From NCBI GenBank assembly GCA_016700135.1, contig CP065004.1:90001-122000 (forward strand): a stretch of DNA of 32,000 nucleotides. Reading direction: 5' to 3'. Origin of the DNA: Candidatus Saccharimonadota bacterium (GTDB lineage: Bacteria > Patescibacteriota > Microgenomatia > UBA1406 > GWC2-37-13). The position numbers and the translations under genes are program-made. Under the pieces are notes generated by a model. It was not told the origin of the DNA, did no database searches, and saw only the letters and a program-made list of their open reading frames with translations. Below, piece after piece: positions 10,034 to 17,575 of the stretch. How positions within the stretch are numbered: position 1 is the stretch's first letter; every line of letters starts with the position of its first letter.

Positions 10034-11671
10034 ATGAAAAAATACGGACCTTTCGTTGCTCTGGTAGTGATTATCCTCGGAGCTTTTGTTCTTCACACGT
10101 ATAAATTAAGCAGTGTTCCTCCTCTTGATATTGATGAATACGGTATTGCTTACGACGCATACAGTATCGCAACAACCGGACACGATAGCTGGGGAGTGCA
10201 AATGCCGGTTTTTTTCCGGGCATTCGGAGATTACAAACTTCCTCTTGATATATATCTTTCCGCTTTCTTTTTTAAAGTCTTTGAGCCGTCAGTATTTTGG
10301 CTGCGGTTTCCGGCAGTGCTTTTTGCGCTTTTGTACATACCGACCATGTACGTACTGCTGAAAACGCTAACAAAATGCAACGAATGGGCTTTCATCGGAG
10401 CTTCACTAATTGCAATTCTTCCCTATAACTTATTTTATTCTCATATCATCTCGGCAAGCATCAGCGCGTCATATCTTATTTTTGCATCACTGACATTTTT
10501 TATTCTTGCACTTCAATCAAAACATACCTTGAGAAATATTGTTATTTCAACAGTACTACTTTCGCTTTCTCTGTATGCGTATCCTCTGAGCTGGATTATT
10601 GGTCCTTTGTTGATTGTTACGTATACGATTGCACTACTGTTTGTAAAAAAACTGAAGTACGGTTTTGTATTTCTGATATTTGCCATCAGCTTTCTCCCGA
10701 TCATTTTGCAGTTTTTTGTCGGAGGAAGTTCGGTCAGACTAAGTAATACATCAGCATTTTCATTTGACCGTGGAGGTTTTATCGAAATCGGAGAGTTCAG
10801 ACAGGCAGGGGGAAATGATATCTTTGCTAAAGCTTTTTATAATAAAGGAACAACCATCGGGTATATTCTTCTCGATAATTATGTAAGACACTTTAACATC
10901 CAATATTTAGCTTTCAATCGATCTGACCCCGGAGTCCAAACGGCTCCTTCTTCACCGCTTTATATTATTCTTGTCCCCTTTTATTTTTTCGGCTTATTTT
11001 ATATTGCACGAAAATTCAAAGACCCGATATTTTTTACTCTTCTGGCTTTCATACTTCTTGCGCCATTGCCTTCGGTCATAACGGAAGGGGCAGTGAATGC
11101 CAAACGGTATCTGGCATCGATGGGTATGGAGACTGTGCTCATCATACTGGCTATGCAAAAAATTCAGATTCAGAAGTACCGATTGTTAACAATGAGTGTT
11201 ATGATGATTTTCCTGATTGAGGTTGTTCTTTTTTATAGATTTTTCTTCAGAACATATACTGACAAAGCGTTTATGACGTTCAGTTTAAAAACTCGCATTG
11301 TTGAAGAGACGGCAAGACGATACTGGCCTGAACAAAATCTTATGTACACAACCGATGTCCTCGGCGAACCGCAAATCTATCCTCTGGTCGGAACCTGGTA
11401 TCCGACAGACGATTACTTGAAGCAGAGGACCGTTGAAGAACGTGATAACTGGTTTTTTGTCCGGCCTTTTAACGGACTTTTTTACGGTCAGGATATGAAA
11501 GAAATCACTGAGTATCTTGCGGATAACCCGGAGTATCAAGGAATCGGCGTATTCAGCCGAAAGGAATTGTCAGAGCTTCCGGAAACTGTATGTTTTGATC
11601 CCGTCGACAGCACCTATCCGTATAAAGGACATAGCTTTTTAATTGTTCAAATCAAACCATGCTCATTGTAA
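10034..11671 (+). CDS. PMT_2/ArnT-like GT-C membrane glycosyltransferase (545 aa), paralog family A
   Basis: TM1 is followed by PPLDIDEYGIAYDAYSIATTGHDSWGVQMPVFFRAFGDYKLP. The same signature occurs in the genes at 14173, 20774 and 30507. Polytopic, with a C-terminal soluble domain. Confidence 0.7.
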   Translation: MKKYGPFVALVVIILGAFVLHTYKLSSVPPLDIDEYGIAYDAYSIATTGHDSWGVQMPVFFRAFGDYKLPLDIYLSAFFFKVFEPSVFWLRFPAVLFALLYIPTMYVLLKTLTKCNEWAFIGASLIAILPYNLFYSHIISASISASYLIFASLTFFILALQSKHTLRNIVISTVLLSLSLYAYPLSWIIGPLLIVTYTIALLFVKKLKYGFVFLIFAISFLPIILQFFVGGSSVRLSNTSAFSFDRGGFIEIGEFRQAGGNDIFAKAFYNKGTTIGYILLDNYVRHFNIQYLAFNRSDPGVQTAPSSPLYIILVPFYFFGLFYIARKFKDPIFFTLLAFILLAPLPSVITEGAVNAKRYLASMGMETVLIILAMQKIQIQKYRLLTMSVMMIFLIEVVLFYRFFFRTYTDKAFMTFSLKTRIVEETARRYWPEQNLMYTTDVLGEPQIYPLVGTWYPTDDYLKQRTVEERDNWFFVRPFNGLFYGQDMKEITEYLADNPEYQGIGVFSRKELSELPETVCFDPVDSTYPYKGHSFLIVQIKPCSL

Positions 11672-12783
11672 TACTCTGGATGATTGTTTCAATCATCTTC
11701 ATAAGGCAACCGATGTTTTCATTGCAGGAGATGAATGCAACTCCTCTTTTTTTGTTGCAAACCATTCCTCCTTCATTCTGGGGAATTATTCGTATTGTCG
11801 GAGTTGTTGTCATGGGATTTGTAATGGTTATGTTGACAAGACAGTACTTTCCGAAAACTCAAATAAAATCTCTCGTCTTTTTTGTACTTATGCCGTGGAT
11901 ATTCGTCATAGCTCACGAATTTAATCCGTTAGTACTGTCATTTACCGTACTACTCAGTTTATATCTCTCATTTCCGAAGCTGAAAAAATACCTTCTGATC
12001 ATCATGATTTTGTTCCTTTTATTTTTGACATATAAATATAATCCGTTTTCGGTAAAGCACATTGTTGATAAGCTGCGTATCCTTCCTCAGTTTTTCAATC
12101 TCACAAATCTTTTCATCCAAATGGAACCGATTTCTTCCTACCTCCACATTCCGAGAAACGGATACTTTTCCTATATCTATCTTGTTCCGTTCATTTCCTC
12201 TTTTTACCTGATTACCAAAAACGATCTTAAAAAAATAAAGAACTTTACTCTTCCGATTCTATTTTCATTACTATTCTTTATTCTCTATCCGTCAAATCAT
12301 CTGATTTTTGCGGGAGTGGGTTTCTTATTGCTCATCAGTCTGTTTATTATTCATGCTTTCAACAAAATTACCGGAAATAAAATTATGGCAATGGGAGCTA
12401 TTCTCATCGCTGTCGGTCTTCTAGGATATTTTATCGAGGCGTATGTCAGACAGTATCCGATGAAATACTCAGTCGAACGATCAGAGGCAAAAATTAATCT
12501 TATGAACTATATTATTTCACATCCTGACAAAAAAATTATTCTCCCCAATGATGATGACTTAAGAAAATTGATGACTTACTACGGGAAACATGCTGACTTT
12601 TCTCATGTAACTTTCGTGGAGAACGAGCGGGCATTTATGAAAAACATCGCAATATGTAAAGAAAAAGCTACAGCATGCGTCCTGGATGACGTCGGAATTG
12701 AGCGCTATAAAGTAGATAAGAATATGCCGGAAATTGAACATATCAAGTTGAAGAATGCTCTTTCCGTTTATTATATTTACTGA
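11659..12783 (+). CDS. Polytopic membrane protein of unknown function (374 aa)
   Basis: ATG at 11659, overlapping the upstream gene by 13 nt. About 9-10 hydrophobic helices are followed by a soluble tail of about 110 aa. I could find no acidic first-loop motif. The 3' end overlaps the convergent gene by 41 nt. Confidence 0.55.
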   Translation: MLIVILWMIVSIIFIRQPMFSLQEMNATPLFLLQTIPPSFWGIIRIVGVVVMGFVMVMLTRQYFPKTQIKSLVFFVLMPWIFVIAHEFNPLVLSFTVLLSLYLSFPKLKKYLLIIMILFLLFLTYKYNPFSVKHIVDKLRILPQFFNLTNLFIQMEPISSYLHIPRNGYFSYIYLVPFISSFYLITKNDLKKIKNFTLPILFSLLFFILYPSNHLIFAGVGFLLLISLFIIHAFNKITGNKIMAMGAILIAVGLLGYFIEAYVRQYPMKYSVERSEAKINLMNYIISHPDKKIILPNDDDLRKLMTYYGKHADFSHVTFVENERAFMKNIAICKEKATACVLDDVGIERYKVDKNMPEIEHIKLKNALSVYYIY

Positions 12784-14083
12784 GGCTCTCTTTAATAAAT
12801 CTCGAGTAAAAGTACAATCCTGACATTGTCACAATCACACTGAGCACCCACGAGAAGATCTGATTAGTGAGAATCGGATTAGACCGAATTTCGGCTTCGG
12901 GTACCCGATACTGCCAGACCGAAACAATGTTTGTGGTGTAGACAACCGAAAGTAACAAAAACAATTTCAGATATTCTTTTTTAAAACCGACATATGCTGC
13001 CATCAATGGGAACAATGTAATTAAATATCGTTCATGCATTGACGGTAGAAAGAGGAAATATATGATTGCAACGACTGAAAATATTCCGGTCAAAAATTCT
13101 GCAGATAATTCTTTCGAGTGTCTTTTCATCCAGATGAGCCATGCGAGAGGAATCATGAATATTGTATAAAGAAGATATCCCCACTGGCTCAAAGTTAAAA
13201 ACAAAAATTTCTCCCCAACGGTTACCGCGGGAACCAAAAGTTTCGGAGCGATGACAAGCCACCAAAAGTTGTAGGCATTTGCCGTAATATTATCCAGTAC
13301 ATTCGTACTGTTTTTAGATAAAAACTCAAGAAGCCAGATGTGTGACTGTGACGATATCGGAAGAATAGCAACAAGAACAACACCGAGTATGATCAATGAG
13401 TACAATACAATTTTTTGAAAGGGAACTCTGATAAGAAGAAGTAATCCGTACATTGGAATGAGCGGTAGTAATGAGAGTTTTATAAACAATGAGGCAACTA
13501 CAAAAAGCATCGAAAGGAAGTATTTCTTTTGCGTAAGAACAAGAAGAGCGGCCATAAAAAACATAAGAGGTACTGTATCGATCTGTCCCCAGACAGCACT
13601 GTTGTAAATGGAAGCCGGATTAAACACATACAATGAAGCAGCCAGCAAGGAATTCTCTTTTTTCTCTTTAGCAACCATCAGATAAATGACAACTCCGATA
13701 ACCAGATCCGCAAACACTGCAGGCAGCCGAAGAAACATATTTGCAAACGTGCCGTCATTCATCCAGAGGACTTGCCCCGGCTCTCTTTGAAGAATAATAT
13801 TCACGACTTTGCTGGCCTGGACATGGAAATAATACATTCCGCCGAAGAGATACGTGGCACCCGGAGGAAGATTGTTAACGATTCCGACATTGGAGATATG
13901 TTCCTTCTGATATGTCTCAGAAGGACCGAACAGGAATGCGACACGTCCCCAGTCACGATGAAGGTATGAATCATTGTGTTCATACAGTGACTGACTGGTC
14001 AGAGTGACAAGAACAATCCGAATGATAAAAGCCGCGAGGAGAACAATGCTGAGTTTGCTCTTTATCACTTCCTGAATTGTCAT
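12743..14083 (-). CDS. GT-C-type membrane glycosyltransferase, ALG6/ALG8 (GT57)- or Gpi18/COG5542-like (446 aa from ATG 14083)
   Basis: TM1 (LSIVLLAAFIIRIVLV) is followed by HNDSYLHRDWGRVAF ... NNLPPGATYLF. This resembles the D..E/H-R-W ... (D/N)YPP(L/G).Y loop of ALG6/ALG8 and Gpi18-like mannosyltransferases. The tracked ORF extends to a TTG at 14131. I prefer the ATG at 14083, which has a TATAAT 6 nt upstream. Confidence 0.55.
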   Translation of the reverse strand: MTIQEVIKSKLSIVLLAAFIIRIVLVTLTSQSLYEHNDSYLHRDWGRVAFLFGPSETYQKEHISNVGIVNNLPPGATYLFGGMYYFHVQASKVVNIILQREPGQVLWMNDGTFANMFLRLPAVFADLVIGVVIYLMVAKEKKENSLLAASLYVFNPASIYNSAVWGQIDTVPLMFFMAALLVLTQKKYFLSMLFVVASLFIKLSLLPLIPMYGLLLLIRVPFQKIVLYSLIILGVVLVAILPISSQSHIWLLEFLSKNSTNVLDNITANAYNFWWLVIAPKLLVPAVTVGEKFLFLTLSQWGYLLYTIFMIPLAWLIWMKRHSKELSAEFLTGIFSVVAIIYFLFLPSMHERYLITLFPLMAAYVGFKKEYLKLFLLLSVVYTTNIVSVWQYRVPEAEIRSNPILTNQIFSWVLSVIVTMSGLYFYSRFIKESLSKYNKRKEHSST

Positions 14084-14089
14084 GGATTT

Positions 14090-14095
14090 ATTATA
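14090..14095 (-). promoter_or_regulatory. Putative -10 box (TATAAT) for the minus-strand gene starting at 14083; implies a leaderless or near-leaderless mRNA
   Basis: The minus strand reads TATAAT-aaatcc-ATG, a 6-nt spacer. There is no convincing -35 and no Shine-Dalgarno sequence. Confidence 0.35.
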
Positions 14096-14107
14096 AATGA
14101 AAAATAC

Positions 14108-14137
14108 TTGATACAAATTGCAAAAAAACAATATAAT
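14108..14137 (+). promoter_or_regulatory. Putative sigma70-type promoter for the gene at 14173
   Basis: TTGATA (14108-14113), an 18-nt spacer, then TATAAT (14132-14137). AGGA at 14165-14168 lies 4 nt before the ATG at 14173. Confidence 0.4.
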
Positions 14138-14172
14138 ACGTTAAATTTTGATATACTGAAAAACAGGAAATT

Positions 14173-15912
14173 ATGAATACATACCTTAAAAAACTGCAGG
14201 AAAAACCGTTTTATATTCTGATTGCTATCTTCATCATCGCACTTATTTTCAGGATGTACCAGCTTGGAACGGTACCTCACGAACTTCACAATGATGAAGT
14301 CGCAAATGCCTATGCAGCCCGTTATATCATCGAAAACGGACACGATATCTACGGTAATACCTGGCCGCTTCTGTATTTCGATAAATTTAATGATTATCCT
14401 CCGGTAGTCCCGATGTATTTTTCGGGATTCGGGACTTATATTTTCGGGAACAATGATTTCGGCGCCCGTTCTCTTCTTGCGATAGTCGGTGCAATGGTGG
14501 TATTTCCCGCTTACTACATGGCACTTTATCTGTTTAAACGGGAAAAAATAGCTCTCATCACAGCTGCTCTTTTTGCCTTGGGACCATGGCATATTGTTCT
14601 TTCACGGCTGAGTGCGGAAGGAATTTTGGCATTGACCGTCTATCTTGCAGGTCTGGCCGTACTTTTCAAAGCAATCCAAAAAGAACGGATGAGCTGGTTG
14701 ATAGCTGCAGGAATTCTTCTGCTGTCGACCTACCTCATGTATCCTTCATTCCGTATCATCGTGCCTCTCACCCTTTTTCCTTCGATCATCGTCGCGTATT
14801 TTCATCAGATCAGAAATAAAAAATTTTTAGCCGTCTGCGCTCTGTTTACAATCGTTGCATTTGCGCTCACAATTTCCATCAGTTCAACGGTTTGGGGAAA
14901 GGGAAGATTTGAACAAACATCACTCGTCAGTCCGGTATCGGGAGTAGAACTGAAAATCCAACAGCTCATTTTCAATGAAGACAATATCTGGACAGCAAGA
15001 GTATATAACAATAAACTGATCGGCTTCGGAAGAGAGTTTTTATTCCAGTACTCACGATATTTTTCTTTTAATTATCTCTTTGGTGAAGACGGCATCCCTC
15101 ATATTTACTCAGTACCCTATATGGGGCTTCTTCATCTGAGCATCATTCCTTTTATCCTCCTTGCTGCTTTCGGTTTTATTCAAAAAAGAAATAAAAAAAC
15201 CGATCACATTCTCTTTTTATACGTCATTTATATCCTCCTGATCTCACCGATTCCGGCAGCTCTTACCGTGCTTGACGTCCCGAGTATTCATCGGGCACTG
15301 CTCACCCCCGCTCTTGTCATTTTTATTGCGGCCTACGGAATAAACGGCATTATCGACCTGAAATGGAAAAAGATCCCGATTATTATGCCGTTTGTTCTCA
15401 TTTTTTTCGGAGAAACGGTATTTTTTTCTCATCAGTATTTCCAGAACTTCAGTTATTACAACACCATATACCGGACAAACGGGAATACGGAAGCCGTGAA
15501 GTATGCATTTGACCATAAGAACGAATATGAACAGATTTATATTACGAATCAGGAAGGTTGGCTTCCTATCTTTTATCTTTTCTATGCAAATGATTACAAC
15601 TCTGAATATACCGGCAAATTTAAATATAATCTGCGTCTTGCCAACTCCGAAAATGTCAACTTCCCTGAAGAAGAATGTCCGTCAGTTAATATCATGAACA
15701 ATAGTTTGAAAGCCGGAAAACTGACAGTGCCGCAAAAAACTCTGATCATTGAACCGATAAGCTGCAAATCCGTCTCGACACCGATCGGATCAGAGATGTT
15801 CAGTCACATAAAAACCATCAAACGGCTGGATGAAACTGAAGTATTTGATATTATTGAAGTCAATCCGCGGTTTGACGAACAGCTTCTCAAAGAGACGACA
15901 TTAGCAAATTAA
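14173..15912 (+). CDS. PMT_2/ArnT-like GT-C membrane glycosyltransferase (579 aa), paralog family A
   Basis: TM1 is followed by VPHELHNDEVANAYAARYIIENGHDIYGNTWPLLYF. Polytopic. The C-terminal soluble domain has IYITNQEGWLPIFYLFY, as in the other family A members. Confidence 0.7.
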   Translation: MNTYLKKLQEKPFYILIAIFIIALIFRMYQLGTVPHELHNDEVANAYAARYIIENGHDIYGNTWPLLYFDKFNDYPPVVPMYFSGFGTYIFGNNDFGARSLLAIVGAMVVFPAYYMALYLFKREKIALITAALFALGPWHIVLSRLSAEGILALTVYLAGLAVLFKAIQKERMSWLIAAGILLLSTYLMYPSFRIIVPLTLFPSIIVAYFHQIRNKKFLAVCALFTIVAFALTISISSTVWGKGRFEQTSLVSPVSGVELKIQQLIFNEDNIWTARVYNNKLIGFGREFLFQYSRYFSFNYLFGEDGIPHIYSVPYMGLLHLSIIPFILLAAFGFIQKRNKKTDHILFLYVIYILLISPIPAALTVLDVPSIHRALLTPALVIFIAAYGINGIIDLKWKKIPIIMPFVLIFFGETVFFSHQYFQNFSYYNTIYRTNGNTEAVKYAFDHKNEYEQIYITNQEGWLPIFYLFYANDYNSEYTGKFKYNLRLANSENVNFPEEECPSVNIMNNSLKAGKLTVPQKTLIIEPISCKSVSTPIGSEMFSHIKTIKRLDETEVFDIIEVNPRFDEQLLKETTLAN

Positions 15913-15922
15913 GAATATCTCA

Positions 15923-17575
15923 ATGAAAACATGGCAGATGTATCTTCTCATCGTTGTGCTTTCCTTCCTTCCACTCATCAGCATTTTCGTAAATCCCCAA
16001 CTTCCCCACACCAGTGACGGGGCAATGCATGCTATACGGTTCGTATCGTACTACAAAGAAATTGTGGAAGGACAGTTCCCCGTCAGATGGACCGGTCAGT
16101 TTCATTACGGATACGGTACCACGTTATTTAATTTTGTCTATCCCCTTCCGTACTTTGTCGCGTTTCCGTTTATCGCCGTTGGGATGTCTCCCGTTCTGAC
16201 ACTCAAACTGAGTTTTGCCCTGACATATATTCTGGCAGGCGTCGGAATGTATCTTTTTGCTTCACGGTTTTTCAAAGATATGCGGGTCGCTTTTTTTGTA
16301 ACAATTCTCTATCAGTTTGCGCCATTTCGATTGGTTGAAATGCTCGTGAGAGGAAATCTCGGAGCATTGTATGCATATGCGATTATCCCTTTTCTGTTTT
16401 TCAGTATCATTTATTTTCTGGAAAAGAGAACATATCTTTCTTGGCTATTGATTACTATTTCAGTTTCACTCATTACATTGAGTCATACCATTATGGGGTT
16501 TGCGTTTTTAGCGCTGAGCGGTGTTTTTGTGCTTATCAATACAAGAAAAATTAAAGAGATATTATTAACCTACTCTGCGTTTCTGAAAGGTATTGCAGCT
16601 TCGGCATTTTTTATCATTCCCGCAATTCTGGAACAGAAATACACCAACGGATTTCTGTTCACGAAAGATCTGTTTTACCATCATTTCCCGTCTCTTAAAG
16701 CGTTATTTTCCCCCAACTTTACCAATGCTGAATCCCTCAGAGTAGCGGAAGTTTCTGTACAAATCGGATTATTCCACGTGTTAACACTGGTCCTTGCTGT
16801 ATTTCTGTTACTTCGGAAAAAGTACAAACTTGAAACAAAACTTATGATCGGATTTCTTTTTATTGCCACATTCGGGACGATTGTATTTATGCAGCCCATC
16901 TCAGAACCATTGTGGGAAAAAATAACATTTATCAGACAGTTTCAGTATCCGTGGCGGTTTGTCGGAATACTCACATTTACAACGGCACTGCTTGGCGCAT
17001 ATGTCCTTCGGGATATTCTATTTTTGAAAAATCGAAGTGTTTTTATTGCTCTCAGCATCTTAATCATCGGCAGCACCGTGTATTACTGGCGACCGCTTCA
17101 GGGGTTTCAGTCATTTGACCGGGCATTCTACTGGGAATATCCTTTGACGACAAATTATTTCTCAGAAGTAAATACGATCTGGATGGCTGAGGAACCGACT
17201 GACTATCCTGCTAAGCGGACCGAAGTCATCGGAGGTGAAGCGAGAATACTTTCCGCTGACAGAAAAAGTACCATGCATACGTATGAAATTGAAGCAGAAA
17301 CACCGGCAATCGTTCTCGATCGCACTTACTTTTTCCCCGGATGGAAGGTTTTTGTAGACGGAAAAGAAACTCCTATACAGTTCCAGGATCCCGCCTATGC
17401 CGGAATGATCACCTTTCAGGTTCCTGAAGGGAAACATACCGTTGTCGTACAGTTTGAACAAAGCAAAATACAGCAGGCAGGCAACATGATATCTTTGGGT
17501 ACACTGACCGTTTTGGCAGCAGTCGCTGTGGCTCTCTACAGAAGACAACGCAAACCTATCTTTCAAAAATCCTAA
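15923..17575 (+). CDS. PTPS-related/YfhO-like polytopic membrane protein (550 aa), paralog of 3989-5680
   Basis: Motifs PHTSDGAMHAIRFVSYY, YGYGTTLFNFVYPLPY, VRGNLGALYAY and QYPWRFVGIL. A C-terminal soluble domain is followed by a terminal TM anchor (LGTLTVLAAVAVALY). Confidence 0.55.
   Translation: MKTWQMYLLIVVLSFLPLISIFVNPQLPHTSDGAMHAIRFVSYYKEIVEGQFPVRWTGQFHYGYGTTLFNFVYPLPYFVAFPFIAVGMSPVLTLKLSFALTYILAGVGMYLFASRFFKDMRVAFFVTILYQFAPFRLVEMLVRGNLGALYAYAIIPFLFFSIIYFLEKRTYLSWLLITISVSLITLSHTIMGFAFLALSGVFVLINTRKIKEILLTYSAFLKGIAASAFFIIPAILEQKYTNGFLFTKDLFYHHFPSLKALFSPNFTNAESLRVAEVSVQIGLFHVLTLVLAVFLLLRKKYKLETKLMIGFLFIATFGTIVFMQPISEPLWEKITFIRQFQYPWRFVGILTFTTALLGAYVLRDILFLKNRSVFIALSILIIGSTVYYWRPLQGFQSFDRAFYWEYPLTTNYFSEVNTIWMAEEPTDYPAKRTEVIGGEARILSADRKSTMHTYEIEAETPAIVLDRTYFFPGWKVFVDGKETPIQFQDPAYAGMITFQVPEGKHTVVVQFEQSKIQQAGNMISLGTLTVLAAVAVALYRRQRKPIFQKS

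Noticed and set aside
11643-11924. 93-aa plus-strand ORF overlapping the junction of the genes at 10034 and 11659.
   Set aside because: It is out of frame with both real genes. It is Cys/His/Ser-rich, has no motif, and is fully covered by ORFs that fit the membrane-protein pattern.
14084-14131. Longer version of the minus-strand ORF starting at 14131 (MFFCNLYQVFFIYNKS...).
   Set aside because: The start codon at 14131 is TTG. The extension would run through the AT-rich divergent promoter region and across the plus-strand -35/-10 candidates. ATG 14083 is preferred, though I cannot exclude the longer form.
14080-14592. 170-aa minus-strand ORF, and similar 60-135 aa ORFs nested in or antisense to the long genes (for example 3520-3906, 6386-6730, 17162-17566, 20789-21196, 23587-23937, 25237-25569, 31581-31913).
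   Set aside because: All lie inside longer ORFs that carry clear family signatures. Their translations are Arg/Cys/Ser/Lys-rich and low in complexity, as expected for shadow frames. None has its own plausible start context.
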